Shown: positions 1 through 13,703 of the stretch, one piece after another
Layout: every line of letters starts with the position of its first letter
How positions within the stretch are numbered: position 1 is the stretch's first letter
Assembly: GCA_964016885.1 (NCBI GenBank)
Contig: OZ024741.1
Span: forward strand, 141,174,001-141,238,000
Direction: 5' to 3'
Source of the DNA: Eledone cirrhosa
Taxonomy: Eukaryota
Length of the DNA stretch: 64,000 bases
The notes under the pieces: model-generated
Told to the model about the DNA's origin: nothing
Database searches by the model: none
Seen by the model: the letters and a program-made list of their open reading frames with translations, nothing else
Made by a program: the position numbers and the translations under genes

Positions 1-525
1 TGTAATTGTTGTTTAGCTCGAGCTCAACTATGGGTGATGTGTGCGACTATATTATCTGATATGTCGTTTAGGTATTTGTACGAGTGCATTATATAATGTA
101 GGGTGTGTTTTGGGGGAGATTTGACATGCTATTACTAGACTTTCGAGTGGCCATCGAGAGGTTTTATCGTTGGTATCGTCATTTCAGTGTATATGTGAGT
201 GAGAGAGATAGAATAGACGAATCTGTTGTGTTCCATCAGGCAATTTCACTTCATTTACCTCTCTCTTTCTCTCTCTCTCTCTATATATATATTAATACTA
301 ATATGAAACATACTATTTGCATGACAACGAACCAGTCAAAATCATCTTGAATATGCTTGTTGATCAAATCTAATCGGCCACATATGGGCGAAACATATCT
401 ATAATCTACTGGCTATATTGATCCCTTATATCGAAGAATAAGTGGAGCGTAAAACACCATTCAAATCAATAGCACTATTAGCACATTATACATACGCACA
501 CATACGCACACAAACACACACAACA

Positions 526-556
<31 letters not shown>

Positions 557-1021
557 TGCACTATTAACACATATGCAGCTCTTTTTACACATTATAATAT
601 ACTGCAGAATATATATTATATATTATATATATAGATAAGCACCGACTTGGCTGAGTCGTTGTGGCGTAAGGTATGATGTACGATAACCACTAAGGCTAGC
701 TCTTTCATGTCAGTGATTTAATCGCACAGTGAGAGATAAGTTTAGTGAAGTACAACACGTTAGATCACCCTCATTTATAGTTAATAGTGATCTTGATCAA
801 AGGCTAGGCGACTTTCCAGTTGTTTTGTATTTCTAGTGTATGATATTTTTATTGAACAGCTACACTGAATTAAAAGTCACCGTCTAATGGTTAAATTAAT
901 TGATAATATTTTATGTTAACAGATGTGTAACTGCACACGTTATATGTTTCTTTAAACATATAAGATTAATATTAAGAGTTGTTATTTCTCTTGTGGATAC
1001 ATTCTGAATTGATTATAAAGA

Positions 1022-1024
<3 letters not shown>

Positions 1025-1082
<58 letters not shown>
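1025..1082. repeat. (TA)n microsatellite
   Basis: Direct reading. Confidence 0.95.
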
Positions 1083-1085
<3 letters not shown>

Positions 1086-1202
1086 AATACTTTTGAGTAT
1101 TTAATGTTGTTTGAATAACAATTGTCATCGGAACATGAAAACAATTTAATAACAATTTAAAGAGGTGTTTCAAACACGTTTTCTATATTATATTCACCAA
1201 AA

Positions 1203-1341
1203 AACATTGTATCTACTTTTGGCACAAGGTCAGCAATTACCCCAGTGCATTATTGGTGCATTGTTTTATCGACACCGTAAAGGACCGTAATTCTATGCTG
1301 AAAAGCATGGTGTCCGGCCCTCTACTGCTATTCCACCGCCT
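1203..1341 (-). mobile_element. SINE family A, internally deleted
   Basis: Tail and head match the consensus; the core is partly missing. Confidence 0.7.
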
Positions 1342-2292
1342 CAATTCAGCAAAAAATATTACCGCGTAACCTTAAACGATACGCGAGAAATAGGAACATA
1401 ATCAGCTTGTATACTCACGAAAACTATGAACAAACTACAATCCAGTAATTCTCCTGCATTTATCTCCCATGTTGTCCGGCTTTCCACTCTTTATTATTTT
1501 GAGTTTTCTCTCCTGCCTGGGTACAACTAACTTTTTTTATTCTCCTTTTTATGAATACATTTCAAACCCAAGTTTTTAATGTCCCGTCTTTCAAGCGTTA
1601 CTACATTGTTCAATTCCTTGTACCTGCTCTTGAGTTGTTTCAGTCGTAAGACCCTGCATTCTGTTAAGTATTGTGGTCTATTCTAGCCGGAAATTTTCTC
1701 GTTCGTTCTCCAACTTATTCTGTTTAATGTTGTTTTGTAAAAAAACATTCTTAATTCCATAATTCCCCCTCCGTCAATCTCTCATAACTTCTGCCATTCT
1801 ATTCAGGCATCGCTATCAAGTTATATTTCCTTTTTGTTTCTTAATGTTCCTATTCACCTCCCGATTTATCATTTTTAGAAGAAAATCTCAACTTCTCCTT
1901 TGGAACATTACAATTCTTTTCAACTTCATGTATCTGTCCCAGTCCTTTAGACTCATAATTTTCAGTCTAAAAGCATTCTCGCTGCTTCAAATATTTTCTA
2001 TTCTATTCCCGTTTATTTTTAGTACGTTTGCCCTGTTGTTCTCTATCGTCCGGCACACATTTTTCCAGTAAACGTTATATTACATACCCACTGAAATCCT
2101 CTGAAGACACCATGCCCCCTGCTGTAAATGATCATTTTCTATTTCTCCCATGCTAAAAAATAGAAATTGTTCAGTATATAATTTACTGTAACACCAAATA
2201 TCTTGCTTGTTAAAACGTATATACATGTGAATGTCTGTGTATAATATATATATATCAAATTCAATCTAGGGCCTTCTCACTCCTGTTATAGG

Positions 2293-2395
2293 AACCTCAC
2301 CTGATTGAGCTCGGCCAATTGCGAGTGTATATTTTCTGCAAGTCTGCTAGTCCAGAAATAGCCGTCGAAATGGCTTGAGCTCTGCCGTCGGGGTC
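2293..2395 (+). ncRNA. Decayed type I hammerhead with hairpin stem III (GUC site)
   Basis: AACCTCAC-CTGATTGA-...GCCGTC-GAAA-TGGC(TTGAGCTCT)GCCG-TC-GGGGTC. Lies between TA tracts. Downstream sequence is homologous to 47070-47130. Confidence 0.45.
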
Positions 2396-3767
2396 ATACA
2401 TTTTCCTATTACCCACTCTACTACCCTAAGTATTGAGTACTGTGGTGCGTTATGGTCCATCTGGTTCGTTACCACAACTCCTTCGTTATATATAACCCTC
2501 TTATCATATATATATATATATATATTATTGTGTGTGTGTGTTGATGCTGCCATTGGTATTGTTTAGTTTTAAGTCATCTATTATTATTATAATCTCACCT
2601 AGGGTGGTGTATATGAATCATAAATCATCCCAGTTGCATGTATATTTTATCATATCGATCAGACAAGGATGAAAGAAAAAGGTGATCTTGGCACGAACGA
2701 TAACATTTTTCCCCAATAAGCTATCGATTCTGGTAAACCCTCAGCCATATTCCACAGACCTCAGACCACAATCAATCAATCCATGATTGAATGTTTTTTG
2801 TCGGCAGAAATGTAAACCAGACTATACTATCTAATATATATTTAGAAGATGGTAGTGTTTGCTTGGAGCGAAATCTGGATAGTATTTTAGAAAATCGATC
2901 AATCAGTGTTTCTCAAAGACCCATTCCTCCAACATTTTGAATTGCCTTCTAATAGTTTCACTCCATGCACCATAGTTTCTTCTTTAGGCACAAGCCAGCA
3001 ATTTGTTGGTGATAACGCTAAGCATGTTGTCCGACGCCCTCACCCCATGCATCCCATGCACCATAATAACATTGCTTTTCAAAGCTGCGTAGTTGTAGTG
3101 TCCAGTGGTTTTCAGAAACCCAGATCATACTCTTCTCCTTACAATCTCATGTTTCTTCAAATCCTCATCATTTTCAATTGTTACCTATGCATTTCTCACA
3201 CGGTATTGTTAGCACGCTTATAGTTGGGCATATTGCTATATCATTTGATATATATACATAACGTATACTATAATTGTAAATACTGGTATTTCATCTGATA
3301 TATACATATATATAGAGAGAGAGACACGCATACATTACACACCCAGTTTCTCGGTTTCTATTCTTCTCCAGTTTCTCCCTTAGCTTAAATTCCTGACTCT
3401 CTATATGTGTATGTTTAATGTGAAAATTAAACGTGACTTAAATATCTCGTATCATCAATATTACAGACGACTTTACAGAGAAAACGTTGATTGAACTTAA
3501 ACCATTAATGTTAGAAATCAGTACCTGGAATATAAAATAAATTTAAGAAATCAATAATTTATATCACTAATATCTTTTGCCACGTATCTACGATCTGATT
3601 GTTAAGGATGCTCTGCTACTCCATATCTGGTTTAAAGTCAGGTGTTATTCAGATTTGAGAAGTAGCGTAGAATGTATTTGATTATTCTCTTTCTTCTTCA
3701 ATTCCTTTGTTGTGGAGACAGCTGCAAGGTGCGTGTATATGTGTATGCTGTGGGGCGTAACACATTA

Positions 3768-3885
3768 ATCAATACTCTTAATTCACTTTTACACCACAGT
3801 TACTTAAACTATTAACCAATATATTTTAAGACAGAGTTGTAGCAGTATAATCAAGCTTCATTTAAATATACCTTAATTGCCTTGC
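3768..3885 (+). repeat. Dispersed AT-rich repeat (second copy at 12318-12430)
   Basis: TTAATTCACTTTTA.ACCA.AGTTACTTAAACTATTAA.CAATATATTTTAA is shared by both loci. Confidence 0.6.
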
Positions 3886-4237
3886 AAGTATCTATAGAAT
3901 ATTTTACCCACTTACACTATAACATAACATACTGTATCTGTAATTTATAGGGTCACCCTTCTCAAACACTGTCTTAAGCAGAATATATCCTCGTGGATTA
4001 CGTTAAGGATACACACTTGTAGATTCATTACCCACTTGTACCTTAATTTCATGAGCAGGCTGCTTCATTTATCAAACTGGAATACTCATCGTCGTAACTG
4101 AGGGAGATCCATTCCTATATTCTCCTTCTAGATTCCCACGTTTGCCACCATTTTGATATATTCATTCACCCTTCAACTGTTAGAATCTCATGCAACAATG
4201 TTGTCTTTTATATATTTATACAGTTTATCCAGATGTT

Positions 4238-4420
4238 AATAATTGTTTCTACTTTTGGCAAAAGGACAGCAAGCCTCTCCCCAGTGCATTACTGGTACTT
4301 TATTTTATCGTCCCCGTAAGGATGAAGGGCAAAGTTAACCTCGGCGGGTTTTGAACTCAGTCCGTAAAGGGACGTAACTCTGTGCGGCACAGCATGACGT
4401 CCAACCCTCTACCGATCCAG
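4238..4420 (-). mobile_element. SINE family A
   Basis: Reverse complement of the family consensus. ATCCAGATGTTAATAAT is duplicated on both sides. Confidence 0.8.
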
Positions 4421-4739
4421 ATGTTAATAATATAACATAGAGAAGAGTGCTGGATTGACGGAATTGGGATGGCATTGTGGTATTTGTTCTGGCTCTTTAC
4501 ATTCTGGTTTAAAATACCGCCGGGGTCAACTATGTAATTTGTCATGCCTGGATCTATAAAATAATAAACCAGTCATGTACTGGGTTGATTTAATCAACTT
4601 TGCACTTCCCCTAAAATTTGCTGCCATTGTTTCTAAATTAGAAATTAATATTATAACACAATGCTATCTAAATCAATAATAAACTCTATTTGATGCTAAT
4701 ATTATTAACGAAAGATGGAGTAACGTTACTCCATAAAGC

Positions 4740-5056
4740 GAGTAACTCGGAGATCAGGGAGTCAATTCAAGTAGGGCCGCTGGTTAATCCGAATTGAGAG
4801 ATCACAACTCCGATACTTTGGGCATGTGGTTAGAATGTCTGCAGAAAGAACCACTGGAAAGAGTTTACGGGCAAAACCACCGGCAAGACCCAGGGGCAGA
4901 GCCCAAACAAGATCTTTGGATAACATCCATAAGCTTGGCTGGTCACACTTGGGGATCCAACTGGATCAATTGGAGACGGTTCCTTCTGACAGGACCCACT
5001 GGAAAGGGTGTTTGAGGACTCTGGACCCTCGATCCTCTCAGGAATAAGTGGGCGAA
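4740..5056 (+). mobile_element. 5'-truncated RTE (Rex3/Expander-like) 3' end
   Basis: FGHVVRM..ER....[14 protein letters not shown]...DRTHWK..L..LDPR motif. Homologous to 9130-9345. Confidence 0.75.
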
Positions 5057-5093
5057 GAAGTATATAACTTTTGGATATACTGTAATATTGTGA

Positions 5094-5310
<217 letters not shown>

Positions 5311-5424
5311 CAGAGGTTATATTTAATTTTAAAAATGTTATAACTGATATAAAGCACTCAACATATTAGTGGAGTAAATATACAATATATTAATAAATGG
5401 AAACTATATTTATAAAACCATATT

Positions 5425-5490
5425 TATTTTAGTATACTTATTTCAAGGGCAACCAAGGCAAATTATGGTACGCTTTCATCAGATAAAATA
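5425..5490 (-). ncRNA. Type I hammerhead ribozyme, slightly decayed inverted copy
   Basis: Reverse complement reads TATTTTAT-CTGATGA-AAGCGTA...TGCCCTT-GAAA-TAAGTA-TA-CTAAAATA. Confidence 0.6.
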
Positions 5491-6688
5491 CAGATTTGTT
5501 TTATAAATAAATATTGACATACCCCGAAAACTTTTTAACTTTTTAACCTTTTAACTGTTTAACTTTATAACATTTAATCCTTAGAGTGATCTGAGTTCTT
5601 AGAAAATCACCTCTAACTTCCTTTACACTTCCTTACTGTCTTTATAATATAACTCAGTGGTTATTCTTTTGTAAACTCTCGTAAATTTTTCATAAATTTA
5701 GAATTATTTGGATGTTTAAAATTTGACTTACAACTTTTAATAAAATAAACTATATTAGTTTTGCTCTAATGTAAAATAATATATATATAGCAAGTAAATT
5801 TATGACTTCGTATAAAATAACATATGGTTCATGTTTTAATTATATTCTTAAGATAAACAAATTTTTTTACTTTTTAACTTTATAACATTTAATCCTTAGA
5901 GTCATCTGAGTTCTTAGAAAATCACTTCTAACTTCCTTTACACTTCCTTACTGTTTTTATAATATAACTAAGTGGTTATTCTTTTGTAAACTCTCGTAAA
6001 CTTTTCATAAATTTAGAATTATTTGGATGTTTAAATTTTGACTTACAACTTTTAATAAAATAAACTATAATAGTTTTGCTCTAATGTAAAATGATATATA
6101 TTTATTTAAATAATTTATAATCCTGAACATTTAAACTAATTATTAATATTAAATTATTAAATTAAATCCTAAATATTAAGGTAAATTTTAATCTTTAATT
6201 TTGATTTCTAATTTTTTATTTTAATTTAATTTTAATCTAATTTTTCAACCTATCATTATAAGTATTATAATCAAAACTTAATGAATCCTGCATTATAAAT
6301 ATTATTCTTCCACGTTATTCTCATTTCTTATCTCTTTTACTTACGCTGTTTATCTATTCATGCACTCTATTTTCACTATCAATATAATCGTTCTTTTTTT
6401 CCTCTTCTATCTTTCTCATTCCTTTTTCTTTCTTTTTTTCTTTTTTCTTTTTTTCCTTTTTCTCTCCCTCACATATCACCTTCTCTCTCCCTCACATATC
6501 ACCTTCTTCCAACAGTTTAATTTAAATAAATCGTTAACTTTTCAACCTTTCGGACACTCATTTGCTTACTCACTCATAATTTTGTATTACTCTCAATAAA
6601 TGTAATATCTCCACTATCCAGGAAGCTCCAACCGTTAAGATTGTCTTTTTTTCCGGGTATGTCAATATTTATTTATAAAACAAATCTG

Positions 6689-6754
6689 TATTTTATCTGA
6701 TGAAAGCGCACTATAATTTGCCTTGGTTGCCCTTGAAATATGTATAATAAAATA
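6689..6754 (+). ncRNA. Minimal type I hammerhead ribozyme
   Basis: TATTTTAT-CTGATGA-AAGCGCA...TGCCCTT-GAAA-TATGTA-TA-ATAAAATA. 8-bp stem I, stem II 6/7 paired, near-palindromic stem III. Confidence 0.75.
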
Positions 6755-8580
6755 AATATGGTTTTATAAATATAGTTTCCATTTATTAATATAATGTATA
6801 TATCTATATATATGTGTGTGTGTGTATATATATACACACATATATATATGTATGTATATATATATATATATATACACACAGACATATATATATATATATT
6901 CATATGTGTGTGTGTGTATGGGCGTGTCGGTATGTGCAACATCTTTCGCGGGCATGTTAGCTAGTACCCGAAAAACATACTACAATTTCGAACAGTAATA
7001 CATTCTAGCTGTTGTTTAGATCAAACTTTATAAATGGGCAGCTCTTCCATTTTAATCAGTCGTAAAAATATAACCGCATTTGATGCATTTGTGCCACTTC
7101 CTCTTTGATAATGCTGAAAAGAATTACATCCTCCGCAATTTGAATAGAAATAATGAACCAAGAACTTATTACATGAAAAAATGATGTAAAATTAAGACTA
7201 TTGTATTATTCATGTCATAGATGCAAGGTCACACATTTGTTGGAAGAGTGGGTTATTTCTCGTGAAAAAACAAGTCATTCCTAAGAGCATAGCATTTGCA
7301 TAGTCAGAAATCAAGCCTCGTTGTTCAGACTTTTGATAACCTGCATTCAAATCGCGATCATGATATTTTTTCTTTAATTTGTTTTAAGCTATGACGACAT
7401 TATACAGAATATGTTTGCTTCATCTTTTAAAGACGTTAGAATGTGATTTGATGTAAATTTACCAGTTATGGGTGGGGGAATACATGCTTCGTTATTTGAT
7501 CAGGCTCACTGCGTTGTTTAAACGACAATCGAACCCTTTTTTTTTTAAATATATATTCAAGGTATGTAAAGCCGGCAGATAGTATCAGCAATGAAAGGTT
7601 GATTAGAAATAATTATATAAGCCGATCTAACGATCGGCTCCTTTCCGTTAAAGATATGTATTCAAAGGATGTTAGACCGGCAGACAGTAACATCAATGGA
7701 GGAACACATGGGAATAGTCTGGTGATCGACCGCTTTCCTTTCGTTTTTCGTGTGAAACCCTAGATAATCATTCATTCCTTGCAGGATATTACTCATCTAA
7801 GCAAATGGATTTGTCTCGAGTAGTAGGAAATGCGCCTTATATATTGGAGCAGAACATTTAATTTATAACTCATATTTGGCATAGTTTTCTTCAGTTCTAA
7901 ACTCACTGGGACCGACGTAACCTCACTTTCATCTTAGATCGATGAAATAAGTAACATAGATATACTAAAATCGATTCACATCTCTCCTCTCAAAGCCAAG
8001 AAATCAATAATTACTGACGCACAACAGTTAGCTATTTTTGTATTCTGGATCAGTCTCTTTATGACGTATGTTGCAATGATTTCATTAGACAAGGATAGAA
8101 AGCAAACAAACAAATTATTCAGTTTGCGACAGTTCAATGTGATTAAAGCTCAAGACGAGATCATTGGGTTAAGTGAGTTTGAGTCAATGTTACATTGAAA
8201 CCAATATCACTATTTGTGTTTTATAGTTATTTTTTGTATAGATTCGATGACCAATATATGAATTGAATCCAGTAGCATCTGAACTTGACTGAAGATACAC
8301 AAACACATACACACTCATATGTACCGATTCACTTATGTATATATGTGCAAATAGACACATATCTGTACAGATATACAGAAACACTTACACACACAGTTGT
8401 ATCGAGTCACAAACATATCAGAACAGAAACACACGCACACGCACATATGCACACACAAATCTCTACAGATACACAAACGCGCATATATAAGTTATTCTGG
8501 GTTCAATCGGGGGGTAACCACAGTAAGTAAGGTACTCAATACATAGCAGAGTATAAATGTTTTAATATAGAAAAACTTCT

Positions 8581-8615
8581 TGAGAGATCATCAGGAAGCT
8601 TCCTGATGATTTCTC

Positions 8616-8616
<1 letters not shown>
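8581..8616. repeat. 36-bp palindrome containing CTGATGA on both strands
   Basis: TGAGAGATCATCAGGAAG|CTTCCTGATGATTTCTCA, one mismatch, abutting a (CA)(TA)(GA) microsatellite. Confidence 0.7.
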
Positions 8617-8780
<164 letters not shown>

Positions 8781-9127
8781 TTATCAGAGAACATTTAATG
8801 TTCTATTTCTGGTGCATTTTTCAGTGGTAACATAAAATCTAGTTAGTGGATACTATAAAATCGAAGTATATACAAGCGTAGGCCTGGCTTTGTGGTTCAG
8901 GAGTTTGCTTCGCAGTCATGGGGTTCACTTAGGATTCAATTCAAACTATTCAGCACCTTGGTAGTCAAGTGTTGTCTTTTTTTTATAGTCAGCCTAGTGT
9001 TGAAAAATGGTTTGTGAAAGAAAATTGGTAGGCGGAACCTACAGAAGCCCGTTGGATGGGTTGTATCTGTAATTCAAATGTCCTGCTTCGTCACGACTTG
9101 GGAATTACATTAACATTAAATGTTCCG

Positions 9128-9348
9128 ATACTATGGACATGAGGTTTCAATATCTCGGGAAAGAAACGCTGGACAGATTTTACGAGCAAAATTCAATCGA
9201 CAGGAGACCGAGGGGTAGACCCCGAGCAAAATGATTGGATAACATCCATGAGCTTGGCTGGCCAGGCATGGGGAACCAGCCGGACCAGTTAGAGGGAATA
9301 TTTGAGGTCTCTGACCCCAGGACCCTCTCAAGAATAAGTGAAGGAAGA
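9128..9348 (+). mobile_element. 5'-truncated RTE (Rex3/Expander-like) 3' end
   Basis: YGH...RRPRGRPRAK*LDNIHELGW. Shares GGATAACATCCAT.AGCTTGGCTGG and the CTCTCA.GAATAAGTG end with the 4.8-5.0 kb copy. Confidence 0.7.
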
Positions 9349-10033
9349 GGAAGTGTCTGAAAGATACTCAACCTCTTACATTAAAATATCTGAAAACTTC
9401 GTCACATGTTTTGTCGTACTTATTGGAGTTGGGATTAACATTAAATCTACACATGTGTATGAAATTCGTAGCTATTTGTATGATGACACAAGATTTCTTT
9501 TACCTGTAATTCGATTGTCTAATTTTCTCATATATTGTGTCGTGCTTATTTAGTTTGGGAATTACATTGAATGTAGAGCTGTTGGATTTCCGTTGGTCGA
9601 ACAATTGAATGTAATTTGTCGCAACGGAGGGAGAATAGATTAATCGGAAGGTCCAGCTTTGAAACTTATTGCATCGTATCTGTTTGGTTTGAGGATTGCC
9701 CTAAGGGTGCACGTATCTGGAACACTCAAACACTCACATTCACGAAATGGGCTCTAAATTTATCGAACAACAGAATGTTCTTGATCGAAACTGACATCAC
9801 ACTTTACAATATAAATGTTTCGTAAGTTGTCTATGCTGTTATATATATATATATACTTTTATTTCCATGAATATATTTCTTTAAAGATGGGAAACTGTAT
9901 ATTTAATAATCGTTACAATTAAATTAAAAACATCAAATGAAACAAAAAAGAATGAGAAAGATGAAAATAAAAACCCAGAATTAAGAAACGAAATAAAGGG
10001 GGAAGGGGGGAAAGACTACATCCCAGTTGGAAT

Positions 10034-10159
10034 TATATGTAATAATTCCTTTTAACATTAAATTACGACGCCAAACATTATTCATTAATGTAAATAGGTA
10101 ATAAAGTTTGGCGTGGTCATTTAGTGTATTTTAATGTTAAAAGGAATTATTACATATAA
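10034..10159. repeat. Imperfect hairpin / inverted repeat
   Basis: TTATATGTAATAATTCCTTTTAACATTAAA and its perfect reverse complement near 10130-10159, plus an inner ACGCCAAAC/GTTTGGCGT pair. Confidence 0.7.
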
Positions 10160-13120
10160 CAGTGCAGACAACTTAGGAATGAAAATTTAGTTTCAAAGTA
10201 TTATTGGTGTTACATCTTCATATTTTGATCTCCCTGCTTATTAAACTTTCTCATAATGGGAAGAGTTGAAGACATGAGAATTATATGGTTGGTTAGGGTT
10301 TGTTGAATTCGTCTACTCATATTTTGTCTTTGGGTGGTTTGTGAGAGAAAGCACTGCATGTTTATATATGTAAACATTTTCACTTAAACATCTTTGCCAA
10401 GAAAGGTTTCTTTTTTTATAGGAATAGTTTTATAGGAATATTGTAATTTTAATACAGCTGTGGTTATATTTCAGGGAGTGTAGGTTACTTTCCCTTTTTA
10501 AAGTATATTTAATGTTGGGGAAATATGTTTCGTAGAGGAAGATATAATATATTGTCTGCATTAAGCTATTGTATTCCAGTGTGGCCTTGATATAATGTTA
10601 AAGGGTTAGTTTTACATGGTAGATTGTGTGAATCGTGGTGTTTTTGTTGCTGGATCTTAGTTGGCGTGGGTTTGTTGAATTCGTTTGCCTTTATTTTGAT
10701 GTTCAGTGGGGTTAAGAGAAAATAAATTTCATATATAGTTCATTATAATTGACACACTATAACATTTTCTTTGATAGATATGTTCAGTTGGTTTGGCAGC
10801 TTTCCCTACATGACATAGCCCTGTCACGGAATGTAATATATCATGAGCGTTGTAACAACGTTGCGTTCCCTTTGATAGCCTAAACAATATCTTTATAGAC
10901 ATGCTGTTTTATCGTTGGTCAAGCGGAGGGTAATTCAACCACAATTCTCAGACAAAGTTACGTATTTCGTTCTTGAACAAAGAATTTTGTTTCGTGTTAT
11001 TTCTGTTTGCTCTGCTAGAAATGAATACCCACCCGGTTTAGTTCTATGACCCATAATGCACTCTCAGTCGCTTAACACCCATAAAAACACCATAGGCTCT
11101 GGTCGTCATTTAGACGGGTGCAAGCATGGGAAATTCAACATAATACGATAATACTAACACATATATTATCTTGAATATTGGCTAAAAGTTTTATGCAGCA
11201 GCATCTTTAGGAATGTCATAATCTCTGACTGAACTAGATCATTGATTGCCTATTAATGCTCTCTTTATTCTTGTAGATCTAAACTCCATGTGCATACACA
11301 GTTTATCATTTCATATATGATAAAATGCCAATGCCAATAAAACACTGGTCTATTCAATAATATCACTGTCCTAGGAAATAGCAGTATTCCTAGATCGAAG
11401 GAAATCACTCCTTGATTTTATTGCATTGCTTGCATTAAACAAATATTGCGGAGATAATGTTTGCAATATTTTGAACAATAGAAGTTACTTTGTTCAGAAC
11501 AGTGTGTAAAGCATTTTAATGTAAACAGTGAAGGCTATTCAATTAATCTTTAGTTATTTGAAAACGCAAGTCAGCAACCGGTTCACTCAATAGCAGATTC
11601 GCTTGAAAAACTCTGAAATTCTGTTACAGCTAATCGATGACAAACATTACAGTTTAGAACAACACATCCATTCATTACTCAAAGATAAATGTGAAATCTG
11701 GCAAATTTCTGTGTCGAGAAATTAACATATTTTTTTGTTGAAAAACTATTGCAGTGCGTATAATGCTTTGAAACATCACAATTGTAATATTTGCACTTTT
11801 AGTCTGTAAACATATTGTTGCTGATGATGTTTAGACGAAGGTCAAGTTTGGAAAGGCTTATAGACAGACATTTTGACTATGAATAAACCACTGTGCATCA
11901 TGTTTAAAGATATTATCTCGTGATTGAAGGACTTTGGCTGCTATGCAATAAATAAGAGCCGCTCGTCAGATCAAACCATGAAAACAATGTTTTCATTGGT
12001 CTTCCCATTGATGATACTATATAATGGTCGCAACTCCTGGCAGGAGGAGATGGGGTTTGAACTCGGAATGAGCAGAGCTTGGTCAAATAATGCAAAATAC
12101 CCCGTCTGTTTCATTTGGAATTCAGCAAAACCACCGCCCCTTGGTTTTTGCTTTATTTATCGGCTGTTAAAGAATGAGCTCAACTGAATTTGTACTCAGT
12201 ATGCATTGAGCCGGAATGAATGCTCAGACAATTGATCATATATGTCACCCTAAAAATCCAGCCAAAACGCATGTATACAGAAGGGAGAGGAAATAGTAAT
12301 TCTGTGACAGAATGCGTTTAATTCACTTTTATACCAGAGTTACTTAAACTATTAATCAATATATTTTAATTAAGATAGAGCTATAACATCATAATCAATC
12401 CTAATTTAAATATATCTCATTTATCTTGCTTTAAAGTTTATCTCAGTGGAGTTGAAAGGGGTATTGCTGGCTGTTCTCCGCGTCAATCCCTTTGCCATCT
12501 TCTCCGCGGGGCAAAACTGTTATACTATGCAGCCAAAGAAGTAAAGTTTGCCCTCTCTCCTTGCTTGTTATGCTTTCTTTGTTCTGTTTTTGCTCTCATG
12601 ATTGTATATTGTATATTTAGATAATAAATTCCAAGAATAGCAATATTTTATTATACGTCATCACATTATTGGTGTTTAAGTTTATGTTTGTTCAAAATAT
12701 TTAATCAGATACGTTGTGTCCAGTAACAACCATACAATATTATGACGTCAATATGTCTGCCCAACAGAACGCAATATTGCTAAGGGAATGTTAATATTAA
12801 AAAAAAAATCAATCAATCTGCAACATTGTAATCAAAACATTTTTTTCTTTTGTAAATAAAAGAGTAACACCCATGTGCTTAAATATTTATAATCATATAT
12901 AAATTTATTATCTGATAATCAAACGATAACATTATTATACTGCAAACATTTTCGCTACCTTTGGCAAATATTTTGTGTTTATTCAAGCTGAGCTTTGTAC
13001 AGATATGTAACTTGAACAGACTAGAGCAACGTAAAATAAAGTGTCCATGATGTTAGGATAAGGAGCCTAATATCCTAACCACTAAGCCACGTGCTTGTTT
13101 ATGTTAACACACACACACAC

Positions 13121-13188
<68 letters not shown>

Positions 13189-13248
13189 TTATATATATTA
13201 GTTTAACCATGATAATAATAAGAAAGGTAAGTTATTTTACATATTTCA

Positions 13249-13387
13249 TTCATTGTTTTACGATCGTTTCAGAGGGTAGAGGGCTGATCATATTGATATA
13301 TTGACTGATCTATAGCAGTTAGAGAACTGTATACTATCAGACATAATATATGGGTTCGAACGTACCGTCTTCTTCGGAAACAATGAA
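13249..13387 (-). ncRNA. Hammerhead-like motif with extended stem II and variant core (CCGAAGA)
   Basis: TTCATTGTTT-CCGAAGA-AGACGGTA...TACCCTCT-GAAA-CGATCG-TA-AAACAATGAA. Perfect 10-bp stem I, palindromic CGATCG. Confidence 0.6.
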
Positions 13388-13576
13388 GGTAGAATCTTTA
13401 TTGTTAGTATATAAACAGGGTAGATATAAGAATAAATATACCATACAAATATATATTCCAGATTGCCTCCGCTGATTGATCAAGAAAGTGGAAGGGGACA
13501 ATCTGGAATATATATTTGTATGGTATGTTTATTCTTATATTTACCCTGTTCATATACTACCAATAAAGATGCTAAC

Positions 13577-13703
13577 TTCTTTGTTTCCTAAGAAGACGGT
13601 ATGATCGAACCCATATATTATACCTGATAGTATACAGTTCTCTAACTGATCCATAGCATATATCAATATGATCAACCCTCTGAAACGATCGTAAAACAAT
13701 GAA
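13577..13703 (+). ncRNA. Hammerhead-like motif, decayed core (CCTAAGA)
   Basis: TTCTTTGTTT-CCTAAGA-AGACGGT...ACCCTCT-GAAA-CGATCG-TA-AAACAATGAA. Confidence 0.5.

Larger units (their letters stand above)
5376..6803. mobile_element. Non-autonomous Penelope-like element with ~155-bp inverted termini, each carrying a hammerhead
   Basis: 5376-5531 is the slightly diverged reverse complement of 6647-6803. Internal ~230-bp direct duplication (5560-5788 / 5875-6100). TA/TG microsatellites on both sides. Confidence 0.7.

Noticed and set aside
3440-3545. Possible minus-strand acceptor and short terminal exon
   Set aside because: Short frame with no recognisable protein; such signals arise by chance in AT-rich DNA.
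5560-6100. Penelope ORF remnant inside the 1.4-kb element
   Set aside because: Only a vague FIKSCKSNFKHP-like stretch on the minus strand. No RT or GIY-YIG motifs are visible here or elsewhere in the window.
11815-11870. CTGATGA...GAAA possible hammerhead
   Set aside because: No convincing stem I or stem II pairing.
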